Below the pieces are notes generated by a model, which did not search any database, was not told where the DNA came from, and was given only the letters and a program-made list of their open reading frames with translations. Positions 25,073-35,976 of a stretch of 64,000 nt of DNA are shown piece after piece; position 1 is the stretch's first letter, and every line of letters begins with the position of its first letter. A program made the translations under genes and the position numbers. Where the stretch lies: assembly GCA_021613535.1 (NCBI GenBank), contig CP075492.1:18910001-18974000 (forward strand), in the 5' to 3' direction. Source of the stretch: Adineta vaga. Its lineage: Eukaryota > Animalia > Rotifera.

Positions 25073-26496
25073 TTAATTATTCATTAAAATGAAAAAAGAA
25101 AACAAAATCATGAATAACCATTGAGGGTTGTGATTTATAGAAACTGATGATATTTGTCTAGTTGTTGTTATTGATATACTACTTGTTGGTGAAGTTAACG
25201 CATTTGCTAAAAGAAATAAATAGGATAAAATTCTTTATTTTGAAAGATTTAATTATTTCTATTTACTTGAATTTGTTGTACGAACAGTTGTTGATGCTGA
25301 TGATAAACGAGTAGTGACCAGTGTTGTTGTTGTTGTTGTTGTTGTTTTGTTCGCTATTAAATTAAGAAAAAGAATAATATAATTTAGATTTCTTTAAATA
25401 AATTGAAACTTACTACAAATAATAGAGAATTTCTGAATACGATTATTTCCACTATCGGGAACAATAATAGAACCATCTGAGTCAAATTTAAAATGATATT
25501 GTTGATATAATTGATTTATCGATATTCCATATGATGAAGTTCCCACAATAACACTACCATATGATGATTCAATTGTCCACTGAATAATTGAACTAGTTCC
25601 AAAATTTGAAATATATAAATTTTTATTTGTATCGACAATAACTGATACTGGATAGTAAAGTAAATTAAGAGAACTACCAGATATGCCTGTTTGACCAGCT
25701 ATTGTTGTGCCATTAATAGCACCTGGTAACCATCTTTGAATACGATGATTAAATGTATCAGCAACATACAACATATTTGAATTAATTGTATCAACAAATA
25801 ATCCGTATGGTTGAAAAAATTGATTGGAATTTGATCCATTACTACCACAAACAATAATACTTGTTGATGGAGATTCCCATCGAACTATTCGACTATTATA
25901 AGTATCAGCTATCCAAATAAATGATGTATTATCATCAAAGAATGTTTCCTCAGGAGAACGCAGTTGATATGGAGATGTACCAAGTCCATTTCCTCCAGCA
26001 ACGATCGTTCCATTCATATAATCAGGTGTCCATTTGATTACACGATAATTTGCTGCATCAAGAATATAGAGATTTCCTTTAAGATCACCTGTGATAGCAG
26101 AAACTGAAAGATAAAACAATTTAAATACTAGAATTACAAAACGATAGAAGAACTACAATAGGATTGTTGATTAAATATCGATGGATTAGTATTATTATCA
26201 ATAAATGTTTTAATTGTTGAATTTGGAAAAAGACATTGTATACGTTTGTTGCCAGTATCTGCTATGTACATAATATTATTTTTATCAATGTATACATCAT
26301 GAGGATCAGAAAGATATGGTGAATTAACTATGGTTGTTCCATTTTTCTGCCATGTAGCCATTGGACATATATTTAATGATAAACATTTTTCAATTGAAAA
26401 TCTAAATTTGAAATATTTATAAATTTCAAATAATTATATGATTCTACTCGTTCTTTACATTATAATATGTAGAAATAGAAAATACACTTGTTTCAT
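25073..26496 (-). CDS. secreted NHL-repeat beta-propeller protein with Thr stalk and GPI-like tail, multi-exon
   Basis: Signal MKQVYFLFLHIIIFSIEKCLS across a short intron. Repeats YIADTGNKRIQ, WIADTYNSRIVRW, YVADTFNHRIQRW and VPDSGNNRIQKF. Last exon ends WLFMILFSFFILMNN*. Confidence 0.8.
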
Positions 26497-27045
26497 TGAT
26501 AAATTGATCGTCGAAACAAAAATATTGATAGTTTAGAAATAAAGACATTCATATAAAAATCATTCCTATTTATACCAATTTCATTTGTTCTTGAAGGATA
26601 GTTTTTTCAAAACAGTTTTCTTCTAGTTCTAAAAGCACTTCTTGGAAAAATAAATCATAAGATATGAGTTTGTCTGGTGTATATTATGACGTCAAACAAA
26701 ATACTAAAGAAACTCTTCGTATTCTATTAGAATTTCTCAAATTGTTTTTCAATTGCTTGAGTTTAGAAAAAAAGTAATAATATATTCATTATATTTTATA
26801 ATCATTAGTAAGAAGAAAACTGAAAAACAAAAGATTTCAATTGTAAAAATAGACATAGAATGAGAACATAATTGCAATTGTATATGAAGAATATTTAAAT
26901 TACATGTATATCATGTTTTTCTAATTTGTCATGCTTTTTATCTTTTCGATTCTTTATGAAATGAAAAAGAAACGAATTTTAATTATCATTTATCGTATGA
27001 AACAAAAGTTATTAGTTAATTGTCAAAAAAATAATTCCTGTAGTC

Positions 27046-27190
27046 TTTCGAACCCGACCGAGATATTGATGAGAGTGAACTGTGTAGAAAATTTCACTAT
27101 GATCAGACTCTTCTTTCGAAAGTTATCGTGTAAACAACCGGACACACTAACCGATTCCAGTATTGTACTCACATTTTTGAGTACACTAAA
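27046..27190 (-). repeat. Helentron-associated (HINE/DINE-1-like) element 5' fragment
   Basis: Reverse complement tactcaaaaatgtgagtac..gaatcggttagtgtgtccgg..gaaattttctacacag..atcaatatctc..gttcgaa matches 42272-42420. Confidence 0.55.
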
Positions 27191-27248
27191 AATGTAAAAA
27201 TTGATTCCATATGTGTTTAACAATATACTTTTAATCTAATCGTTTAGT

Positions 27249-28317
27249 TTATTTAAATACTAATTTACATAATTCTTGACGAAATATACGTCCTGTAAGT
27301 GTATAAACAAAAAACATCATTGAATTATTGATATAAGTTATTAGAATAACAAATTGTGCCACAAAATTTTCAATTTCTTTATGTTTTAATGACTTTTCTG
27401 TATGTACAGTTAATGAAGCATAGAATTTGTAAAAACCCATTGGTGAACTAAATATAATAATAATACCAACCTAGAAAATTAGTCATTGTTTTTTTTCTTC
27501 TCGCTCTAATATTTTCACTTTGACTTACTTGAACAAATAACATCGTTATAATTTGTAAATCTTGTTTTCGAATCTTTGTATTAACTCCTGATGAAAAAGT
27601 GTCTTTGATTGTATTTGGAACAATTCTTATCGATCCATTTTGTGTCATTGATGTATTCAATCTTGGTTCAATTTTAGCTAATCTTACTTGTCGTCGACTT
27701 TGTCTTATATTTTTTAATGTTAAAAAACCAAAGATAATCATTAATAAAATTGGAATTGTTGTATAAAAGATCATTAATAAAAGACCATCAACAATTTGAC
27801 ATTGAATTGAAATTGTATAACATGATGCAACTGAATTCATATTTCCATTATTAAAACAATAAATTGATTCAGCAAAGATTAAACATCCAAGAATAATTAC
27901 AGATGAAATAGCTCGATAAACTATTTTTTGTTTACAAAAATTTCGAAGAAAAACAGATGTTGATGAACTACAAAAACGATCAAAACATCCAAGTGTAATA
28001 AACCATGATGTACAATAAAGACAAAGATACGAAATAAAATATCGTATTTTACATAATATTGATGAATATGATGTATAATCAAGATTATATCCATTTAATA
28101 AACGACTCATTAGACCAATGTAAAGTATTAATATACTTACAATTGATGTTGATAATAAATATTGAACACAAGAATTTTTTCTTAAAGTTTTACGAGTAAA
28201 AATAAGAATATTAAGTATATTTCCAAATGTACCAAATATAAGAAGTGGTATTGGAAAATAACGATTTATTGCCGATGAGTTATATGTCCAATATGATAGA
28301 GAAGATGTATTAGACAT
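27249..28317 (-). CDS. orphan rhodopsin-like GPCR, 2 exons
   Basis: FGTFGNILNILIF, CKIRY, CFDRF. Intron 27528-27471. TM7 FFVYTLTGRIFR. Confidence 0.88.
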
Positions 28318-28787
28318 TTATATTATACGTATATAAAATCTAAATAAATAAAATTTATTAGAAATGAATGTTTCTATGATTTATAAAGAAAATATCAGTT
28401 CATTAAGTTGAATTTTATCAACTTTTATTCTTGAATGTCTGCAATGTTCTTATGAGAAATAATTTTCAAAAAGTTGAATTTATATAGTATAGAATACCTA
28501 TCATTTGAAAATAGAAAGTACTTCATAATCTGCACTTATCTCGAAAGTACATCTTTCTTTTCAAACAGTAAAATGATATGAGAATATCATGTTATGATTA
28601 ACAAGTAGATTTTCATCTATTCATATATTCCAATAATACTTCTTAATTATAATTATTTTCTTTTATTGAAGTTTCAACTTTTTAATCAGACATTTGAAAA
28701 TTTTTGTTTTTAATTACATAATTCATAAAAGAGGAAACAGACTTATATTATCATTTTCTCTCTCTTTCATATCTATCTATAGATAGT

Positions 28788-31430
28788 TTAGACTCGAGTA
28801 GGTGAAGAAATTGAAACGTTTGGTATTTGATTCGATCTGTTCATTGTAGAATTGTTGTTTTTAAAAAAGAAATTCTTTCGACATATTAAGATGAAAAGAT
28901 AATGTTTAAGAATTCTTCGTTTCTTCCATATAAATACTAGAAATGCTAAACCAGTTAGAATAGCAAAGATAAGAAATAATCCCGTCATTGATTGAATTTT
29001 CATTGCTGTTGTTGTTTGAATTTCATTAGGACAAAGTTTTGATTGAAACCATTTTACTTTTAAATTATCTAATTCACCTGATTCTCTTAAAGAAAGAATA
29101 TTTTTATCTAATTCTTGTAAATAAATCCATTCTTTTGGAGTTACAATTCCATAAATACTTTTATAAAACTCATCACCAATTAATGTTAAATTACAATAAA
29201 TATTATTTGTAATATATTGACCAGGACCAATATTCATAAACGAAACATCAATAATACCTGATAATAAATTATCATAAAGTTCTTGACGAGATTTTAATAA
29301 ATAATAATTTCGATTTCCATTTGATATTTGATTTAAATAAAATTGTTCACTAGCTGAACTTGTTATAATACCAATTTTATTAAATGGAATTTTTCCACTT
29401 TTAAGATCATCAATATTTGAAATAATATCTTGTGATTTTGATAGAGTTAAATCTGATGCTAAATTGGCTGTATATGATGCAATAAGTACTAAACTTAAAA
29501 TATATAAAGCAACAGTTAATATTCTTCCAGCTGCTGTTCGTACTTGATAATCAACACCAAAACCAACAATATTACCAAATGAATACCACATACTCATTGT
29601 TATTTGAGAAAATAATGATCGATTTTGTAATATTTCATTATCAAATCTTTCTATGAGACAAAATAAAAGTGTCGAATATAAAAATGCAGCTAAAACTAAT
29701 AACCAAAGATTACGTGAAAATGGTTTTAAAAATGCCAAAAGATCAATATTTTCTTCGGTATTTTTACGTATAATAAGTGTTAATGAATTATCAAATATTG
29801 AATTAGAAAAATCAAATAATTCTTTTCGAGAAGCAGTTACTGTTATATCACCAACAGCAATATCATAATAATCATCAATTACTCCTTGAATAAATTGAGA
29901 ATAACTTTGATTTAATGATACTAATTGAATATTAGCAATAAATCCAATTTTGTTTTCTAAAAGTTTAATAAGATCAATCATATAACCAGTTAATTTCGTT
30001 AAATTTTGTCCAGATTCATCGATATTATTTGTAACTATTGTAAATGGTGGTGATTCAATTACACCAATTCTTAATGTTAATCCTTTAAGTACACTTTGAT
30101 CATTTGGTTGAATCAAAGAATTTCCTGGCCAAATAATCATTGTTGATTCGCTGTAAATATTCCAATCATTTGAATCAGAATATTTTAATACAGGAATAAA
30201 ATTTAGATTATTTAAAGATGATTGAATATTTTGTAAATAAAAATACGATCCATTTATTCGATCAGTTACATTTATATTAAATTGTATAGGACCTGAAATA
30301 CCAAGAAATTCTAATGAATTAAGAATATTTAATAATGAATTTGATTGAATAAGTTGACGATGAAAACATGATGATGATGATTGAGTAAATGATAATAAAC
30401 ATGAAGAATTCGAAGAAAATTGTTTTAATGATTGAATTAATGACCATGTAGCATCAAATGAATATAATCCATAAGAATTGATTTCTATTAATTGAGGTAA
30501 TGTTTCAGGTTCATATGTTTTCCATATATCATATGCTTCAATTAATAATGTTCTATTTATTGGAAGATTAACAAAAGAACTTGTAATTGGTTGAGTTATT
30601 AATAATCCAATTAATTTTTGATGAAATAAAGTTAATGAAATATTTGAAGTTAATAACCAAATGAATTGTGAACCAATAACATCAATATCAAGAGCTTTTT
30701 GTAGAATTAAATTTGTATAATTTGATTTTGCCCAAACAAAAATAATTCGTGTTGTACTTTTAATTAAAGAATTTTTGAAATCTCCTTCAATTTCAAATGT
30801 TTTTATATTAAATATAAGAAATTGTTTTATTATTAAACCATAATTAATAAATATTTGATTAATTATTTTTATTCCATCTAATCCATAATCATCATTTTGA
30901 TAAATAATAATACATGATGTCCAATTAAATCGAAGAAATAATTTAACAAGAGATAATGAAAATAATTTATCTGAAGGAATAGTTCGATAAAAAGTTGAAT
31001 ATATATTTCTATCAGACAAATCAGATGTTGTTACAGAATATGATATGATTGGAATACCAATTGTATTACCATAATTAGCTAATAACATAGCTTCTCGTGA
31101 TAATCCTGGACCGATAATACCAGTTATATTTAATGAAGATATTGCTTGACATGTATCACTAAGAGTATTTATTATATTTTCACCAGTTTCTATTGTTTTC
31201 CAACCTAGAAATTGTCCATTGATTGTAATATTATATTTATGAGAAAGAAGAATAGCTGATTTAAACATTGCACGAGAATGAATTGATAATTGATTTATGT
31301 CTGGAAAAAGACCTAATAATTGAATTCTAGAAGAATTTATTGTTGGCCAACTTGTTTTTATATATTCTATATGAATTTGTATAATTATAAAGTGTAATAA
31401 AAAGCATCGAATATTCCATGAAAATATCAT
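28788..31430 (-). CDS. ionotropic glutamate receptor, AvGluR1-like, intronless, 880 aa
   Basis: Signal peptide, ANF-type ATD, S1 GDITVTASRKE..DFS, M1, pore loop WYSFGNIVGFG, M3 SYTANLAS, S2 LRESGELDNLKVKWF, M4. Confidence 0.93.
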   Translation of the reverse strand: MIFSWNIRCFLLHFIIIQIHIEYIKTSWPTINSSRIQLLGLFPDINQLSIHSRAMFKSAILLSHKYNITINGQFLGWKTIETGENIINTLSDTCQAISSLNITGIIGPGLSREAMLLANYGNTIGIPIISYSVTTSDLSDRNIYSTFYRTIPSDKLFSLSLVKLFLRFNWTSCIIIYQNDDYGLDGIKIINQIFINYGLIIKQFLIFNIKTFEIEGDFKNSLIKSTTRIIFVWAKSNYTNLILQKALDIDVIGSQFIWLLTSNISLTLFHQKLIGLLITQPITSSFVNLPINRTLLIEAYDIWKTYEPETLPQLIEINSYGLYSFDATWSLIQSLKQFSSNSSCLLSFTQSSSSCFHRQLIQSNSLLNILNSLEFLGISGPIQFNINVTDRINGSYFYLQNIQSSLNNLNFIPVLKYSDSNDWNIYSESTMIIWPGNSLIQPNDQSVLKGLTLRIGVIESPPFTIVTNNIDESGQNLTKLTGYMIDLIKLLENKIGFIANIQLVSLNQSYSQFIQGVIDDYYDIAVGDITVTASRKELFDFSNSIFDNSLTLIIRKNTEENIDLLAFLKPFSRNLWLLVLAAFLYSTLLFCLIERFDNEILQNRSLFSQITMSMWYSFGNIVGFGVDYQVRTAAGRILTVALYILSLVLIASYTANLASDLTLSKSQDIISNIDDLKSGKIPFNKIGIITSSASEQFYLNQISNGNRNYYLLKSRQELYDNLLSGIIDVSFMNIGPGQYITNNIYCNLTLIGDEFYKSIYGIVTPKEWIYLQELDKNILSLRESGELDNLKVKWFQSKLCPNEIQTTTAMKIQSMTGLFLIFAILTGLAFLVFIWKKRRILKHYLFILICRKNFFFKNNNSTMNRSNQIPNVSISSPTRV

Positions 31431-32208
31431 AATTTTTATTTCGAAGTTAAATTATGTTATTTTATGAATCTTATCGTTATTTGTAAATGAAAATATTTAT
31501 GCCAAGTGATCGAAAGTAATTGGATTCTTTTCTTCATCTAATTATATATCTATTTTCATAGAACGATCCTGTCATTTTCTACAATATTCACCTTTTCAAA
31601 GCAAACAAAATATTTTCGTTTTTTTAAATAATCGAGCAGATTTTTATACTATTGAATAGATTTTTTTAATGATATTGTTTTTATAGGAAAAAGACAGTAG
31701 TGTAATACTTGAAACTTGTTTTCACTATTGATGATTGTAATGAGAATGTCAATGTAATTTTAAACTGACATCCACATACTTCTAATGGTAATAACTTCTT
31801 TTAAGTACTACGACCCGAATTCTCATACTAAGTAAACAAAATCAACAAAAAGTACAAGTACTTGACTGGAAAAATATATCACGCATTAAAGATTTTAAAC
31901 ACAAAGTACGAAAAATACGCAATCCTTTACTAAGTACTCAATTATTGAATATGAGTAACATATTGTGTACTTAAAGCAAACGAAATAATATGATGTACCC
32001 GTTTTATTTAATAGTATATATTAAATGAAAAAGAAAAGATCGACAAATGTTTCAAATAGATTTCAGTTATAGTTGATAAATGAAAACCATCTGTGACCCT
32101 TTCAAAACGAAATAATGGAGTAATGTACGAAATTTTGATATTGATGACGTACTTTCTTTTCATTGTTTTTAAATACTTAGAGCATACCAAAAGTTCTATC
32201 TTTCGATG

Positions 32209-32675
32209 CTATTTGATCGTATTTGTCACGGTTCTATGAATAATGGTGAGGATTTTTTTGAATAACTTTTAATAGAAAAATGGTAGAGAAGTATGGTTTT
32301 TATCATTCGAAAGAGGAGATGTAGACGTATTGAACTCTATATTCGAAGATTTTCTAGTTTGGTTTTTGTAAGACTTTATGTTTATCTTTTTAAGAATAAA
32401 CATATCTGATAAAAGTGTGTACATTAACTTTTCGATTATGAAGTATAGATTTGAACTACTATAATTGAAGATTTACAAACTGTGGCAAACCATCGTGGAT
32501 AATATACATTTTTAGTTGAGTATCTAATAGGACTTTCAAGCAAAAATTCAAAAATCAATATTATGAAAATTTATGGCATTTGAGTTGATCCGTCTTCATC
32601 TCCTCTTTCGAATGATGAATACCCTACTTCTCTACCACGTTGCTATTAGAATCGTGACAAATACAAACAAAATAG
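32209..32675. mobile_element. MITE with long imperfect TIRs
   Basis: tatttgtcacggttcta..tggtagagaagta..tcattcgaaagaggagatg is mirrored by catctcctctttcgaatga..tacttctctacca..tagaatcgtgacaaata. Confidence 0.65.
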
Positions 32676-33239
32676 ATCTTACCAAAATTTTATTATTATG
32701 ATATTAGTTGAAATACGATTAGTTCCGTTTCCGAGGATGAGTGCATATGATCAAACTTATACGCACACTCTACAGATAATTTGTATAGTTGCTCAATTTT
32801 CCACGAATTAATAAGAGAAAGCAAATATGAAAGACTAAAAAGTTTCAAAATTTGCACTGAAAACCTTACTATCAACTTGCCCTCAAATCAAAAATGAAAA
32901 TTTGTCCTCGATGATCTTCATGAATCATACAATGTTCTTTTGATCCACGCCGTGTATCACTGTTGAAGATAGAACTATGTTTGATGTAATCATATGATTA
33001 ATATTTCAAACGACATTTTGTATGAATGTAGCATGAACTCTGATCTTTCTTTTATTTCTTTATTTATTATCAAAGAGGAAAATGTTAGTAATGAATATAT
33101 GAATATTTTCTTATCTATATGGTATACATTTCACAACATTCATTGCTGATAAAGGCTTTATTCCGTATGAAACCTTTGAATAACCTTTTCCTTTTATGTT
33201 CTCATACACCGTATAGATATTAGTACTAAAAATTAGATG

Positions 33240-33247
33240 TATAAATA
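33240..33247 (+). promoter_or_regulatory. candidate TATA box of the ice-binding protein gene
   Basis: tataaata ~60 nt upstream of ATG 33301. Weak evidence in AT-rich DNA. Confidence 0.3.
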
Positions 33248-33300
33248 ACGCATGTAATTTTCATATGTATTCATCAGTTAAAAGTATCCTCTACACAAAC

Positions 33301-33990
33301 ATGGTTTTCACTATAATCTCTGTTGCTCTTCTATGTTTAATAACAACTACTCATAGTTTGACGATTTGTCCAAATATGAGAAGTGCTGCCAATTATACAG
33401 TAATTGCTGCAAGTGCGGTAAGTAATACTGGATTTACCATTATTAATGGTAATTTAGCTATTAGTCCAAGCATTGCATTAACTGGTTTTAATCCATTGGG
33501 TGTAATTAATGGTGTCACTGAACTGGGCACTGGTGCCGCTTTACAAGCCCAACAAGATGTGACCACGGCGTACAATGATCTAAGAAATCTACCACTCACT
33601 GCGCAAATGACTGGTATTGATCTAGCAGGTAAGACACTTACACCAGGCGTCTACAAATTCAATTCGGCTGCTGGAATCTATTCACCCGCCGGCATTTTGA
33701 CATTAGATGGACCTGGTATATATGTATTTCAAATTGGTAGTACTCTCATAACATCTGCCAATAGTGAGATTCGATTAATAAATGGTGCTAAAGCTGGTTG
33801 TATATTCTGGCAGGTAGGTAGTAGTGCCACACTTGGGCAACAAAGTCTCTTCATTGGTAATATTCTCGCTTATGCGTCCGTTCAGTGTTCGATCAACATC
33901 AATTATTATGGCCATATCTATGCTCAAACGGCAGCCGTCTCATTTAACGCCGATACTGTTACGAAACAGATGAGTTGCGATGTATGTTAA
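33301..33990 (+). CDS. secreted ice-binding protein (DUF3494/IBP-1 fold), intronless
   Basis: Signal MVFTIISVALLCLITTTHS. Motifs AQQDVTTAYN, DLAGKTLTPGVYKF, VFQIGSTLIT, IFWQVGSSATLG and FIGNILA. An upstream in-frame ATG lies at 33265. Confidence 0.92.
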   Translation: MVFTIISVALLCLITTTHSLTICPNMRSAANYTVIAASAVSNTGFTIINGNLAISPSIALTGFNPLGVINGVTELGTGAALQAQQDVTTAYNDLRNLPLTAQMTGIDLAGKTLTPGVYKFNSAAGIYSPAGILTLDGPGIYVFQIGSTLITSANSEIRLINGAKAGCIFWQVGSSATLGQQSLFIGNILAYASVQCSININYYGHIYAQTAAVSFNADTVTKQMSCDVC

Positions 33991-34350
33991 ATTATATCTA
34001 ACTCAATTCCAGGTAGTATGAACTAGTTCATCTCTCAATATTGTATTTTGTATTTTTATCATCTTTTTCATTCTGCTATTGAAATAATAAAAATACATTT
34101 GTGTACAATTCTAATAATTCTAGAAGATAATGAAATAGAAGATATCTATATTCATTTATGAAACCATATCATGTTCTCAACCAAGACATACTTTAGTACT
34201 TCTTTCTAATTTCTCTGTAATCTGAAATATTGAAACAACTCTATTGCAAATTAATTCTCATCGATCATATCAAATTTTTGAGAACAATCTATAAATAAAC
34301 ATACATCAAAATTTCATCTTAAAGTGTCAAAAGTCAAAACAATGTCGTCT

Positions 34351-35334
34351 TCATCGTTGCACTTGTCCCGTTCTTTGACTTTCAGGTATATTGATTGTTC
34401 TATTTGTTGGAAATATGAATTTGGTTAAAAACTTTTTAAAATCTTCACGAAACGGTTTTGTAATAATAAAGTATGTATAGAAAGGGACAGCACTATTGAA
34501 GTAAATGAGTAGTGTTCCAAGATTAGAAATAAAGCTTTCAATCTGAAGATATGTAATACTTTTATTGATACCCATATAATTAGTCAATGAAACTTCCATA
34601 ATAATAAATGGATAAACAAATGTTGTCACTACATAAATAGCTACTTCTATAAGTACCATACTAAGTAAGTCTCGATCTTGACGATAAATTGTGATGGTAT
34701 TTTGATTACCATCAATAGTGTTGTTGACTGGTTGAACACGTTTATGTAATTGTTTCATATTACGATAGGTCAGAAAAGCACAAGTCGTCATTATTATTCC
34801 TGGAATGAAACAAACAAAAAGAAGAAGATAAGTATAATAGAACATATAATAAACACCAGTTGGAACACATCGTCCACCAGTAATTGTTGTCAAGATTAGT
34901 ATATGAATAGAGAATATATGCCAAAAGATAAATGTTATTCCTATAATTCGTTTTGTTATCAATGGACGATTAAAAAAATGAAAACGAGCTTGATTATGTG
35001 TCAATAAAAATCGATCAATACATGCAAGTATCAGAAAATATCTGGCTATTTGACCCCAGACGTGATACAGATAGAATCGTATTTTACAAAAAATCAAAGA
35101 CTGAACTGTTGGATCTTCATAATCAATAGTATAAATAGATATTGGAATATTCAAGGTCATAAAAGCATTGTTCATTATTGCTGCACATATAAGATACATC
35201 GAGCAAGAATTATGGCGATGCTTTTTGAATAGAATCACAATAAAAATGTTGCCAATATTGCCCAAAATCAGAATAATAGGTAATGCATATCGATTGAGTT
35301 GAACTTGTAGAATTGGTAATATAGAAGACGACAT
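34351..35334 (-). CDS. orphan rhodopsin-like GPCR
   Basis: LGNIGNIF, FCKIRFY, ACIDRF, PFYTY..FR; seven hydrophobic segments. Confidence 0.88.
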   Translation of the reverse strand: MSSSILPILQVQLNRYALPIILILGNIGNIFIVILFKKHRHNSCSMYLICAAIMNNAFMTLNIPISIYTIDYEDPTVQSLIFCKIRFYLYHVWGQIARYFLILACIDRFLLTHNQARFHFFNRPLITKRIIGITFIFWHIFSIHILILTTITGGRCVPTGVYYMFYYTYLLLFVCFIPGIIMTTCAFLTYRNMKQLHKRVQPVNNTIDGNQNTITIYRQDRDLLSMVLIEVAIYVVTTFVYPFIIMEVSLTNYMGINKSITYLQIESFISNLGTLLIYFNSAVPFYTYFIITKPFREDFKKFLTKFIFPTNRTINIPESQRTGQVQR

Positions 35335-35976
35335 AGTTTACTAACTCTTGTGTGACTGTAGAATAATTGTAATGACGTGTGCACTTTTCTTACACATTCT
35401 GATTACTAATCCTACTCACGAATGAAGAGCAGTTGTCTTTGAATAAGACTCAAAGAAAAAAAGATGACGTACATTACTTTGATTAGAATGCGTCATTATA
35501 ATACGCTACACCTGTTTCCAACATTTTCCTGTTATTGATGAACATCGCATTCTTCTGACAGGAAGAACAAAACTGTTTTGAAATGTCATAGTTTAAATTG
35601 ATGAGAATGTCAAAAGATTTTCTCGTCTTTCTCAGAAACGATCAACACGTTGTCAATATCAACAGATCCATTCTCTTCTGATGTTGAATTACGTGATTGA
35701 TTTGATACAGATCTTGAAAGTGTGGGTAGGTGCAAGTCAGTGTCTCTATTCACCCACACCCACACCCTCAATGATATATGATCTTTAAGAAACTGATTAA
35801 AGGAAAAATTGTTTATATATTTTCTGAAAGTTTCGTATTAATTCATTAAGATCTATCAAATGAACATGAATTCGATCGAAAAACGATTTGATAAATGAGA
35901 AAGTTTTCTTTCGAGTTGTTTTTTAAGTTAACTATAATTATTATGTATAAAATAATAATTAAATATGAATATTTCC

